From assembly GCA_040879605.1 (NCBI GenBank), contig JBBDKB010000030.1:6821-41192 (forward strand): a stretch of 34,372 nucleotides of DNA. The letters are read 5' to 3'. Both the position numbers and the translations under genes were made by a program. This document shows, piece after piece, positions 1 to 8,273 of the stretch (positions within the stretch are counted from its first letter, which is position 1; each line of letters starts with the position of its first letter). Origin of the DNA: Minisyncoccota bacterium. GTDB taxonomy: Bacteria; Patescibacteriota; Minisyncoccia; Phycocordibacterales; JBBDKB01. The notes under the pieces were generated by a model. It was not told the DNA's origin, made no database searches, and saw nothing but the letters and a program-made list of their open reading frames with translations.

Positions 1-1073
1 TCTTTGAGCTCCTCGATGAGTTTTTTTGCTTTTTTTGAAAGTGATTTTGGAAGTGGAATATGTACTTTGATAAGTAGGTCTCCTCGCGTATTTCCACTTG
101 GGATCCCTCTGCCTTTAAGGCGCAACACTTCCCCGCTTGTGATTCCTGCTGGAATTTTTACTCCGAAATTCCCTTCCAGAGTATCAATCTGGTAGGTAGA
201 ACCAAGAAGTGCGTCGGTGAGCTTTACATTGAGTGTCATGCGTAAATTGCTCCCCTCTTTCTCAAAGTTAGAGTGTTTTTCAACATGAACTTTCACATAC
301 AAGTCTCCTGGCACTCCACCTTTGACGGCCTCTCCTCTTCCAGAAAGGCGAATCATCTCACCGTTGTTAATCCCCGCCGGGATTGAAACATGTATCTCAT
401 CTTCCTTCCTGAGCACTCCTTCTCCTTTACAGGTTTCGCATTTCTCTTTGGGGACTTTCCCTGTGCCATCGCAGACAGAGCACGCACGAATTGTGCTCAC
501 TGTACCAAGGAAGGACTGCTTTGTATCTCTCACTTTTCCTGCCCCGTTACATTTCTCACACGTCACAAGGGCTTCTTTGTCCTTTGCACCTGTTCCCTCA
601 CAAGCCTCACACACACCCGCCTTGGTGATGAGAAGCTTTCGTGTTGTTCCAAAGACAGACTCCTTAAAAGAAATTTCAACATCCACTGAAATATCTCGCC
701 CTCGCCTCGCCCCTTTGCGGGCGCCTCCAAAGAAGTCCCCAAATATATCCCCAATATCAAATTCCCATTGAGAGCCTTGGCCACCTTGTGCGCCTCCAAA
801 GTGTGATGCAAAGTCGCTAAAATCAAACCCTTCAAAGCCTGAAGTCTGTCCTCCACTGCCTCCACTGAAGACACGGCCATAGGCGTCGTACTCAGCGCGC
901 TTCTTTTCATTAGAGAGCACTCCGTATGCTTCATTCACCTCCTTGAAGCGCTTTTCATCGCCTGTTTTCTTGTCTGGATGGTATTTATGCGCGAGCTTAT
1001 GAAAGGCCTTTTTAACTTCTTCCTTCGAAGCATTTTTGCCAACACCAAGAATTGTATAGTAGTCCTTATCCAT
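1..1073 (-). CDS. dnaJ: Chaperone DnaJ (3' end runs off the window; missing from the ORF track)
   Basis: Manual translation from ATG at 1073 gives [11 protein letters not shown]...YHPDK (J-domain HPD), a G/F-rich region and four CxxCxGxG repeats (CEACEGTG, CEKCNGAG, CSVCDGTG, CETCKGEG). TAATG overlap with the dnaK stop. Confidence 0.97.
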   Translation of the reverse strand, partial: MDKDYYTILGVGKNASKEEVKKAFHKLAHKYHPDKKTGDEKRFKEVNEAYGVLSNEKKRAEYDAYGRVFSGGSGGQTSGFEGFDFSDFASHFGGAQGGQGSQWEFDIGDIFGDFFGGARKGARRGRDISVDVEISFKESVFGTTRKLLITKAGVCEACEGTGAKDKEALVTCEKCNGAGKVRDTKQSFLGTVSTIRACSVCDGTGKVPKEKCETCKGEGVLRKEDEIHVSIPAGINNGEMIRLSGRGEAVKGGVPGDLYVKVHVEKHSNFEKEGSNLRMTLNVKLTDALLGSTYQIDTLEGNFGVKIPAGITSGEVLRLKGRGIPSGNTRGDLLIKVHIPLPKSLSKKAKKLIEELK

Positions 1074-2992
1074 TACTTTTGTGTCTCGCCTTTATTATTC
1101 TCGTCGGTCTTGCTTTCGTCCTCTTCAGCGTCTTGCACATGCTCTCCCCCAGAAGTCTCTGGTGTCTTATTTTCCTTGTCTCCCTCTGTTTGAGTGTTGT
1201 AGAGAGCCTCCCCGATTTTACTCATTGCGGTGCTCAATGCTTCCGTCGTACTTTTAATCGCGTCTGTGTCATCTTTATCTCTCGCTTCACGCATCGCTTT
1301 AATTTTCTCTTCTACGTCGGACTTTAACGCCGCGTCAAGTTTCTCGCCTGCATCCTTAAGTGCTTTTTCAGCTGTATAGGCCAGTTGATCTGCAAGATTA
1401 CGAGTCTCAACAAGCTCCTTTTTCTTCTTATCTTCTTCTCCGTGCACTTCTGCTTCTCTTTGCATACGCTCAATTTCCTCATCTGAAATGCGTGAACTCG
1501 CTTCAATTCGAGTTGTTTGTGCTTTTCCGGATGCTTTATCTTTTGCAGTCACGCTAATGATACCATTCGCATCGACATCAAAAGAAACTTCGATCTGAGG
1601 AACACCACGTGGTGATGGCGGAATGCCATCAAGGATAAATTTTCCGAGGGACTTATTATCAGCGGCCATAGGGCGTTCTCCTTGTACCACATGCACTTCA
1701 ACTGAAGTTTGATTATCGGCGGCAGTTGAGAAGGTTTGAGATTGCGAAGCTGGAATAGTGGTATTTCGCTCAATCAACTTTGTTGCAACTCCTCCCATCG
1801 TCTCAATCCCAAGAGAAAGTGGAATCACATCAAGAAGCAGGATGTCTTTTACGTCTCCTTGCATAATTCCTCCCTGGATTGCAGCGCCAAGGGCCACCAC
1901 CTCATCAGGGTTAATCGACTTGTTTGGCTCTTTCCCGAAAAGTTCTTTGACTTTTTCAACAATTTTTGGCATTCGGGTTTGTCCGCCAACAAGGATGATC
2001 TCATCAATATCCTTAAAGTCAAAAGGCGATGCCTCTACCGTACGCTTGGTAATTTCAATTGATCGGTCGATATACTCAGCGACAAGCTCCTCAAGCTTGC
2101 TTCGTGAGAGCGGAATGAGGAGATGCTTTGGTCCATCTTGATCGGAAGTGATAAACGGAATGTTGACCTCTGTTTGCATGGTGTTTGAAAGTTCGAGCTT
2201 TGCTTTCTCTGCCTCGTCATTCAAGCGCTGAAGAGCAAGTGGATCTTTTGTAATATCAATGCCGTTTTCCTTTTTAAACTCGTCAGCGAGATAGCGGACA
2301 ATTTTTTGATCAAAATCCTTCCCTCCGAGATGGCTGTCTCCGTCTGTTGCTTTTACCTCAATTACTTCATTGCCCACTTCAAGAACGGAAACATCAAAGG
2401 TTCCTCCTCCGAAGTCATACACAACAATTTGCTCGTCTTTCTTTTTGTTAAATCCATACGCAAGCGCGGCGGCAGTGGGCTCATTTATGATGCGCTTCAC
2501 TTCAAGGCCGGCAATCTTCCCCGCATCTTTTGTCGCTTTCCTTTGGGAGTCATCGAAGTATGCGGGAACGGTAATGACCGCTTCTGTAATTTTCTCACCC
2601 GTGCGTGCTTCCGCGTCAGCTTTTATTTTTTGCAAAAGCATTGCAGAAATTTCCTCCGGACGAAGATCTTTCTCCCCGAGTGTAACGAGCACACCCCCAT
2701 CACTAGCCTTCTTTACTTCGTACGGCACGACTTCTTTATCTTTCTGTACGACTTGATCATCAAATCGATGGCCGATAAAACGCTTTATTCCGTAGACAGT
2801 ATTTTTTGGATTTGTAACAGCTTGTCGCTTTGCAATATGACCTACAAGCCTCTCTCCTGCCTTTGAGATCGCGACAATTGATGGAGTAGTTCTTGAGCCT
2901 TCCTGGTTCTCTACGATGTGTGGCTCTCCGCCCTCAACGATTGCCGCAGCTGAGTTTGTTGTTCCTAAATCAATTCCAAGAATTTTTGACAT
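1073..2992 (-). CDS. dnaK: Chaperone DnaK (Hsp70)
   Basis: [28 protein letters not shown] and [10 protein letters not shown] motifs; 639 aa. Confidence 0.99.
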   Translation of the reverse strand: MSKILGIDLGTTNSAAAIVEGGEPHIVENQEGSRTTPSIVAISKAGERLVGHIAKRQAVTNPKNTVYGIKRFIGHRFDDQVVQKDKEVVPYEVKKASDGGVLVTLGEKDLRPEEISAMLLQKIKADAEARTGEKITEAVITVPAYFDDSQRKATKDAGKIAGLEVKRIINEPTAAALAYGFNKKKDEQIVVYDFGGGTFDVSVLEVGNEVIEVKATDGDSHLGGKDFDQKIVRYLADEFKKENGIDITKDPLALQRLNDEAEKAKLELSNTMQTEVNIPFITSDQDGPKHLLIPLSRSKLEELVAEYIDRSIEITKRTVEASPFDFKDIDEIILVGGQTRMPKIVEKVKELFGKEPNKSINPDEVVALGAAIQGGIMQGDVKDILLLDVIPLSLGIETMGGVATKLIERNTTIPASQSQTFSTAADNQTSVEVHVVQGERPMAADNKSLGKFILDGIPPSPRGVPQIEVSFDVDANGIISVTAKDKASGKAQTTRIEASSRISDEEIERMQREAEVHGEEDKKKKELVETRNLADQLAYTAEKALKDAGEKLDAALKSDVEEKIKAMREARDKDDTDAIKSTTEALSTAMSKIGEALYNTQTEGDKENKTPETSGGEHVQDAEEDESKTDENNKGETQK

Positions 2993-3022
2993 ATGCGCCG
3001 TTTGTTAGCTACTAAGTAAAAT

Positions 3023-3547
3023 TTACGTAATTAACACTTTTGCGGTACGTAAGACTCTGTCATTGCGTCGGTACCCCTTCTGGAGCACGTCTGCAATGAG
3101 ATCTTCTTTCTCCCCCTCTGCCTTTCCTACCGGCTCATGAATTTCAGGATCAAAGGGGTCTCCCTCCTCGCCGTAGGATTCTACCTCAAAGTGCGCAAGA
3201 AGTGAACTCATTTGTTTATAAATGTTCTCTATTCCAGCTCCCCATGAGTCAGCTTCAGGAGCTTCGCCCTTCTTGCCCTCAAGTGCAGCTTCAAAACTAT
3301 CAAGAATTGGAAAAAGGCTCTTAAGAAAAGAATCGAGCTCCCTTGTGCCAAGTGCTTTTGCCTCATCATGAGAGCGCTTTCTATAATTGATGAGTTCAGC
3401 TTTTGCTCTTTGCCACCCATCAAGGTAGTCTTGTCGCTCTTTCAAGGCTTGGTCCAACCTTTTTTTAAGGGAAGAACTCCGATCTCGCACTTCTTGCTCC
3501 GTTGCCTCCTCATCCGGAACAAACTCGCTTTCGTGTTCCTCAGTCAT
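3023..3547 (-). CDS. grpE: Nucleotide exchange factor GrpE
   Basis: RAKAELINYRKR, FDPEIHE and VLQKGY...VLRTAKV motifs; directly upstream of dnaK. Confidence 0.96.
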   Translation of the reverse strand: MTEEHESEFVPDEEATEQEVRDRSSSLKKRLDQALKERQDYLDGWQRAKAELINYRKRSHDEAKALGTRELDSFLKSLFPILDSFEAALEGKKGEAPEADSWGAGIENIYKQMSSLLAHFEVESYGEEGDPFDPEIHEPVGKAEGEKEDLIADVLQKGYRRNDRVLRTAKVLIT

Positions 3548-3553
3548 ATGAGA

Positions 3554-3581
3554 ATTATACCTTATTTAACAGTCTTGTCAA
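3554..3581 (-). promoter_or_regulatory. Consensus sigma70 promoter of grpE-dnaK-dnaJ, probably leaderless
   Basis: Minus strand TTGACA-16 nt-TATAAT, then 6 nt to the grpE ATG. Confidence 0.85.
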
Positions 3582-3608
3582 AAACACGCGCCCCTTTGAG
3601 AGACGCGT
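3580..3608 (-). terminator. Intrinsic terminator of the ribosomal protein operon
   Basis: Minus strand ACGCGTCTCT-CAA-AGGGGCGCGT (10 bp with G-U pairs) followed by GTTTTT. Confidence 0.65.
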
Positions 3609-3670
3609 TATGAAGAAGTGGAGCATTCTTTTAAAATATTAGAGGATGTTAAAGCCCACTCCCCTTTCCT

Positions 3671-3715
3671 TCCTCCCTTAGTATAGGACACCGAGTGTCC
3701 TATACTAAGGGAGGA
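3671..3715. repeat. Perfect 21-bp inverted repeat with 3-nt spacer (ACAC-CGA-GTGT core family)
   Basis: TCCTCCCTTAGTATAGGACAC-CGA-GTGTCCTATACTAAGGGAGGA; no U-tract on either side. Confidence 0.95.
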
Positions 3716-3745
3716 GCAAGATACTGAGCGCTTTACGTTAGCAAA

Positions 3746-4141
3746 TTAGCGTTTCGACCACTGAGGAGCCTTTCGAGCTTTTTTCAAACCAAATTTTTTG
3801 CGCTCCTTCATACGCGGGTCTCGCTTCAAATAGCCTTCCTTCTTCAGGGCAACACGCAACTCTTGATCACTTTTAACAAGTCCTCGTGCAATGCCATGGC
3901 GAATTGCCTCGGCTTGAGCAACGCTTCCTCCTCCCGAGACGAGCGCAGTTACTGCGAAGTTCCCCCCTTCCACTTTCTGGAATGGAGAGAGAACCCGCTT
4001 CTGCAATTCAGCCATTGGAAAAAACTCTTCAAGCTTCTTTCCGTTTATCTCAACAGTTGTTTTTGTGGCAGGTGTAAGACGCACACGAGTAGTCGCTGTT
4101 TTTCTTCTGCCCACTGTTTCTATGTATCGCTTCTCAGGCAT
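3746..4141 (-). CDS. rpsI: 30S ribosomal protein S9
   Basis: GRRKTA at the N-terminus; RDPRMKERKKFGLKKARKAPQWSKR at the C-terminus. Confidence 0.99.
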   Translation of the reverse strand: MPEKRYIETVGRRKTATTRVRLTPATKTTVEINGKKLEEFFPMAELQKRVLSPFQKVEGGNFAVTALVSGGGSVAQAEAIRHGIARGLVKSDQELRVALKKEGYLKRDPRMKERKKFGLKKARKAPQWSKR

Positions 4142-4142
4142 T

Positions 4143-4499
4143 TTACTTTTTTACTTCCACCTGCTTCATAAGCTCATTTCGGAGTTTATTGGCAGGAAGC
4201 ATACCATAAATCGCTCTCCACACCACCTCTTCGTATCCACTTCGAGTAATAAGGTGCTCCAGGCTCTCCTCTTTCAATCCTCCTGGATGGCCAGAATACC
4301 GTATATACTTTTTCTCTACTTGCTTTTTTTCAGGCAAGTTAAGCTTGGATGCATTCAAAATTTCCACCTTTACTGGTGCAATTTCATGCTTTTCAAAATC
4401 AGTTCGCGCTTTCCCCATAAGCAGAATCGCTGCCTCGCTTGCGACGCGACCCAGCTTCTTTCCCGATGCATCAATCGTGTGTGTTTCAGTTTTTGTCAT
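4143..4499 (-). CDS. rplM: 50S ribosomal protein L13 (short, 118 aa)
   Basis: IDASGKKLGRVAS, YSGHPGGLK and AIYGMLP motifs; upstream of rpsI. Confidence 0.96.
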   Translation of the reverse strand: MTKTETHTIDASGKKLGRVASEAAILLMGKARTDFEKHEIAPVKVEILNASKLNLPEKKQVEKKYIRYSGHPGGLKEESLEHLITRSGYEEVVWRAIYGMLPANKLRNELMKQVEVKK

Positions 4500-4504
4500 A
4501 ATTT

Positions 4505-4858
4505 CTACACCAGTTCAATTCTAGCTTCTTTACGCGCGTCAGCCTTTGTACTTTGAAGTTTAAGAATCCGAGTATATCCTCCAGCTCTCGCTTTGTAGCG
4601 TGGACCAATGGTTTCAAAAAGCTTTCGAACAACACTCGGATCGCCGTTGAACTCCTCTGAAATATTTCGTCTCGCCGCTACGCCGTCAGTTCTGCTCTTT
4701 GTGATAAGCTTTTCCACATACGGACGCACTTCCTTTGCCTTGGCTTCAGTTGTGACGATACCCTCCTGAAGAATGAGCGAGCGAGCGAGCGAGCGCAAGA
4801 GTGCTGTTCTCTGCTTCTTCACTCTTCCAAGTGTTCTTTGTGCTTTATGATGCTTCAT
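4505..4858 (-). CDS. rplQ: 50S ribosomal protein L17
   Basis: MKHHKAQRTLGR, IVTTEAKAKEVR and RAGGYTRILK. Start reassigned to ATG at 4858 (the ORF track start at 4885 is upstream of the conserved N-terminus). Confidence 0.97.
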   Translation of the reverse strand: MKHHKAQRTLGRVKKQRTALLRSLARSLILQEGIVTTEAKAKEVRPYVEKLITKSRTDGVAARRNISEEFNGDPSVVRKLFETIGPRYKARAGGYTRILKLQSTKADARKEARIELV

Positions 4859-5103
4859 CTTAGTTTTGCTTCTCGAACATAGCAAAGCGGAGTGAGATTA
4901 GCAAACCTTAGATCCCGCCGTACTTTTGCGTTTGACGTTACTTTGCGCAATGCGTCTTCCGAATAGGCAGATACTTCTTTAGGCGAAGCGCTGCGCCCCA
5001 GAAGGGAGGGGGCTATTCGCCCCTCGCGCTTCGCAGAATATATGTTCTGCAAAAGTACAGCAGGGTAAGTTCGCACAACTGTATTTGACTTCGCGTTGTT
5101 CAT
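4859..5103 (-). ncRNA. Putative structured intergenic RNA element, copy A (rpoA-rplQ spacer)
   Basis: 16-bp stem 4914-4929/5049-5064 whose two irregular pairs are G-U only on the transcribed strand. Shares ordered motifs with the rpsM-rpsK spacer. Confidence 0.6.
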
Positions 5104-5120
5104 AAAATACAGGTGCTTAC

Positions 5121-6074
5121 TTACTTTAGCGTTACGCCGAAATTAGAAAGTGCTCGTTTGATTTCTTGAAGGCCTTTTGTACCAAGTCCTTCAATTCCAA
5201 GTAAGTCTTCTTCGCGTTTTCGCACAAGGCCACCGACAGTTCGTATACCTCCTGTGGCGAGAGCATTTACAGTACGAGAGGAGAGATCAAGGGTTTCAAT
5301 CCGAGTTTTAAGGAACTCTGTGTCATCTTGCGGTTCAACTGACTCGTCCTTTTTGTCTTCTTTCTCTTCAACTTTAACAGATTCCTCTTCCTTAAACCCG
5401 ATAACAGCTTTCAGCTGATGAATCATTGTTTCAATGGAGCGCTCAAGTGCTTCACGCGGGGTGAGCGTTCCGTCTGTTTCAATAATAATGCGAAGTCGAT
5501 TGAAATCTGTTCTATCTCCAACACGCATATTTTCAACTTCATAATTTACCCGACGGATAGGTGTAAAAGCCGCATCAAGAGCGATTGAGCCTGCGTCAAG
5601 ACGCTCTTCCTGGTGTACCTCCCGCGGCACGTAGCCAAGCCCTTTCTCAACACGCATTTCAATATCAATGTCAGTTTTTCCAGTTACTTCCGCTATCGGC
5701 TGCTCGGGATTTAGAACTTTAAGAGAACCACCGGCTTCAATGTCTGCCGCGGTTATGTTCTTTGGCCCTTTCACTTTGAGCGGTATGGTCTGTGGCTCCT
5801 CGGAGAGCATTTGGAAACGCACCCGCTTAAGATTGAGGAGGAGCGTGATGACGTCTTCCTTCACACCCTCAATGGTTGAAAATTCATGCCCCACCCCATC
5901 AATTTTTACAGATGTAATCGCCGCTCCGGGGAGAGAAGAGAGAATGATTCTACGAAGGGAGTTGCCAAGAGTATGTCCATAGCCGGGGTAGAGACCGTCA
6001 ATCTCATAAACACCAGAGAACTCCTCCTCTTTTACGATGCGTGGCTTTGATGGCAAGGTAACGTTATATTCCAT
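5121..6074 (-). CDS. rpoA: RNA polymerase subunit alpha
   Basis: GYGHTLGNSLRRIILSSLPG, HEFSTIEGVKED, and alpha-CTD LDLSSRTVNAL. Confidence 0.99.
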   Translation of the reverse strand: MEYNVTLPSKPRIVKEEEFSGVYEIDGLYPGYGHTLGNSLRRIILSSLPGAAITSVKIDGVGHEFSTIEGVKEDVITLLLNLKRVRFQMLSEEPQTIPLKVKGPKNITAADIEAGGSLKVLNPEQPIAEVTGKTDIDIEMRVEKGLGYVPREVHQEERLDAGSIALDAAFTPIRRVNYEVENMRVGDRTDFNRLRIIIETDGTLTPREALERSIETMIHQLKAVIGFKEEESVKVEEKEDKKDESVEPQDDTEFLKTRIETLDLSSRTVNALATGGIRTVGGLVRKREEDLLGIEGLGTKGLQEIKRALSNFGVTLK

Positions 6075-6088
6075 AAAATTGAAATTAG

Positions 6089-6700
6089 TTATTTGTTATA
6101 AAACTCAACAACGCCTCCGAGATCTTGATTCGTCTCGGTATTTTCTTTTGTCGGCTCTCCGATGACTTCCGCGGAGAGTTTTGTTTCATCAAATGAAAGC
6201 CACTTAGGCGGCGTGTACCCTTTCATACGCTCTTTAAACGCCTCGGAAAACGGTCCCTTCTCCTTGCTCCCATCACGCACAGCAATCACATCTCCCTTTC
6301 GCACTTGATGCGAAGGGATTGTCATTCTCCTTCCATTGACTGTGAGGTGCCCGTGGGATGTAAGCTGGCGCGCAAGACCTCTGGTATGCGCCAACCCGAG
6401 GCGATACGCCACATTGTCAAGCCGACTCTCAAGACGCTTCAGGAGTTCTTGTGCGGGCTCCCTTGCAGAAGTCGCTTCGGTTACGTAGCGGGCAAATTGC
6501 TTCTCGCTTATGCCATACGTGTAGCGAACTCGCTGTTTCTCAAGAAGCTGCTTTCCGTAATCAGAAGGCGCGCGAGGACGTCTCCCGGTTCGCTGCTTGC
6601 CGCCACGTGCTTCAGCAAGCGCAAACTTTTGTGTCTGGCACTTCTCAAACACGCTGCTTCCAAGTCTTTTACAAATTTTGAATTTTGACTTTACTATCAT
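6089..6700 (-). CDS. rpsD: 30S ribosomal protein S4
   Basis: SDYGKQLLEKQ, LESRLDNVAYRLG and ARQLTSHGH motifs. Confidence 0.98.
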   Translation of the reverse strand: MIVKSKFKICKRLGSSVFEKCQTQKFALAEARGGKQRTGRRPRAPSDYGKQLLEKQRVRYTYGISEKQFARYVTEATSAREPAQELLKRLESRLDNVAYRLGLAHTRGLARQLTSHGHLTVNGRRMTIPSHQVRKGDVIAVRDGSKEKGPFSEAFKERMKGYTPPKWLSFDETKLSAEVIGEPTKENTETNQDLGGVVEFYNK

Positions 6701-6705
6701 AATTG

Positions 6706-7140
6706 TTATACGCGACGTGCTTTAGGCGGTCGTGGTCCATTGTGCGGTACCGGTGTTCTGTCTTGGATTGAATTAATTGAAATACCCTTTGTCGCAAATG
6801 CTCGAATGGAAGATTCTCGTCCTGACCCCACTCCGCGAACAACCACATCAACTTCCTTAACCCCAATTGCTGCCGCCTTTTCTCCAATTAGCTCCCCGAC
6901 CTTTGCAGCCGCAAAAGGTGTTCCTTTCTTTGCTCCTTTGAAACCAAGGGAGCCGCTTGATGAGCGCATGAATGAGTTCCCAGCTTTATCTGTGAGCTGA
7001 ACCGCAGTGTTGTTGTAAGTAGCTTGAATGAAGAGAATCCCCACATCAAGCTTCCTTTTTGGAAGACGCGCAAGAGAGCGAGATTTGAGTCCCGCATCAA
7101 CGCTTCCACTTCCTTTTTTTACGATTCGTTTCTTACCCAT
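6706..7140 (-). CDS. rpsK: 30S ribosomal protein S11
   Basis: ATYNNT, GFKGAKKGTPFAA and DRTPVPHNGPRPPKARRV motifs. Confidence 0.99.
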   Translation of the reverse strand: MGKKRIVKKGSGSVDAGLKSRSLARLPKRKLDVGILFIQATYNNTAVQLTDKAGNSFMRSSSGSLGFKGAKKGTPFAAAKVGELIGEKAAAIGVKEVDVVVRGVGSGRESSIRAFATKGISINSIQDRTPVPHNGPRPPKARRV

Positions 7141-7330
7141 CTTAGATTAACTTAGCGAGTCCCCGCTGGTGACGAGATTAGTGATTCTTAGACCCCGCCC
7201 TCTATGCCCGTTTGAGAGCGTATCCGTGGCTTCTGCTTGATTCAGTAGTTTCTTTTCTGTTTGGTATCTCATAGCTCGCGCTTAGAGGGCGGGGTAAACA
7301 AAATCTAGTTCACTCCGCTCACAAGATTTT
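7141..7330 (-). ncRNA. Putative structured intergenic RNA element, copy B (rpsM-rpsK spacer)
   Basis: Perfect 13-bp stem 7192-7204/7283-7295; same ordered motifs and spacing as copy A. Confidence 0.6.
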
Positions 7331-7333
7331 GTA

Positions 7334-7711
7334 TTACTTCTTCTCAACTTTCTTCTTTCCTGAGCCCATTGTCTTTTTCGATCCCTTTAGAGTTCTGGCG
7401 TTTGTTTTTGTTCTCTGTCCACGAACAGGAAGACGCTTTGAGTGTCGCGAGCCACGATACGCCGCGATGTCTTTCAATCTCTTAATATTTCCAGAAACCT
7501 CTCTCTTTAGCTCACCTTCAATTTTTTCATTCTCAACCGCAGTTCTAATTTTTACCTCTTCATCAGCGGTGAGTTCACTGGGCTTCTTCGTGCTTTCAAT
7601 ACTAGCCTCCAAAAGAAGAGCTCTGGCTTTTGAACGTCCGATCCCATACACGGAAGTAAGCGCAAACTCAAGGCGCTTCTGCTCCGGTAATGTAATTCCT
7701 GCGATTCTCAT
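7334..7711 (-). CDS. rpsM: 30S ribosomal protein S13
   Basis: MRIAGITLP, ALTSVYGIG and RLPVRGQRTKTNART. Start reassigned to ATG at 7711 because the longer ORF overlaps rpmJ. Confidence 0.98.
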   Translation of the reverse strand: MRIAGITLPEQKRLEFALTSVYGIGRSKARALLLEASIESTKKPSELTADEEVKIRTAVENEKIEGELKREVSGNIKRLKDIAAYRGSRHSKRLPVRGQRTKTNARTLKGSKKTMGSGKKKVEKK

Positions 7712-7712
7712 T

Positions 7713-7826
7713 TTATCCTTGGCGCTGTTTGTGGCGAGGGTTTGAGCAAAGCACATATACTCGGCCGTTTCGCCGAGTAAATTGGCATCGTGCACAACGT
7801 TTTTTTACTGATGCTTTTACTTTCAT
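7713..7826 (-). CDS. rpmJ: 50S ribosomal protein L36 (zinc-ribbon form; too short for the ORF track)
   Basis: Manual translation [37 protein letters not shown]. Confidence 0.98.
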   Translation of the reverse strand: MKVKASVKKRCARCQFTRRNGRVYVLCSNPRHKQRQG

Positions 7827-8017
7827 CCCGTTAGTGATAGGGCACGAACTAAAGCCGTACTCCTACGAAATTAGACTGGCAGTCCTTCTTATGTGCGATA
7901 TTCATACTCATATGCACATTCGTGTCCGTGACACTTGCGGGATTTATATTTTCTTATTTTTCCCACAGCGACGCGCACGAAAAAATGCCGGGAGCACCTC
8001 AGCAAGTGTATGCATAC

Positions 8018-8230
8018 TTACATACGACGCACAATTCTGGCTCGGCCACCATAAGGATCAAGCGCGAGTGTGACTTTGTCGCCTACAAGGACTTTAATGC
8101 GGTACATCCGCATCTTACCCGCAAGATATGCAAGAACTTCCTCTCCTGAGTCAAGATGAACCTTAAAAAGAGTATTTGGAAGTGCCTCTTCCACGACACC
8201 CTCTACTGTGTCCTTATCGTTGTTACTCAT
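8018..8230 (-). CDS. infA: Translation initiation factor IF-1
   Basis: VEGVVEEALPNTLFKV and AGKMRMYRIKVLVGDKV motifs. Confidence 0.98.
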   Translation of the reverse strand: MSNNDKDTVEGVVEEALPNTLFKVHLDSGEEVLAYLAGKMRMYRIKVLVGDKVTLALDPYGGRARIVRRM

Positions 8231-8243
8231 TCAGGGTTTTCCT

Positions 8244-8273
8244 ATCGTACCAGAAAATAAGCCATTTAGTCAA
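8244..8273 (-). promoter_or_regulatory. Putative sigma70 promoter of the infA...rpsI operon
   Basis: Minus strand TTGACT-18 nt-TACGAT with an extended -10 TGG, 13 nt before the infA ATG. Confidence 0.6.

Noticed and set aside
2993-3745. CIRCE operator
   Set aside because: TTAGC-containing stretches near 3005 and 3738 do not match TTAGCACTC-N9-GAGTGCTAA.
4774-4796. GAGC tetranucleotide tandem repeat in rplQ
   Set aside because: Short and encodes ordinary L17 residues (LRSLARSL); the frame is intact.
4859-5103. IS200/IS605-type miniature element (sense-strand TTAC and TCAA match the IS608 cleavage tetranucleotides)
   Set aside because: The main stem pairs sequence inside TTAC...TCAA with sequence outside it, unlike separate sub-terminal IS608 hairpins, and no tnpA/tnpB is present. 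Tetranucleotide matches are weak evidence.
7141-7333. Group I/II intron or known self-cleaving ribozyme
   Set aside because: I could not find the group I P7 pairing, a group II domain V, or a hammerhead CUGANGA/GAAA core by eye. A cmscan run is needed to exclude these fully.
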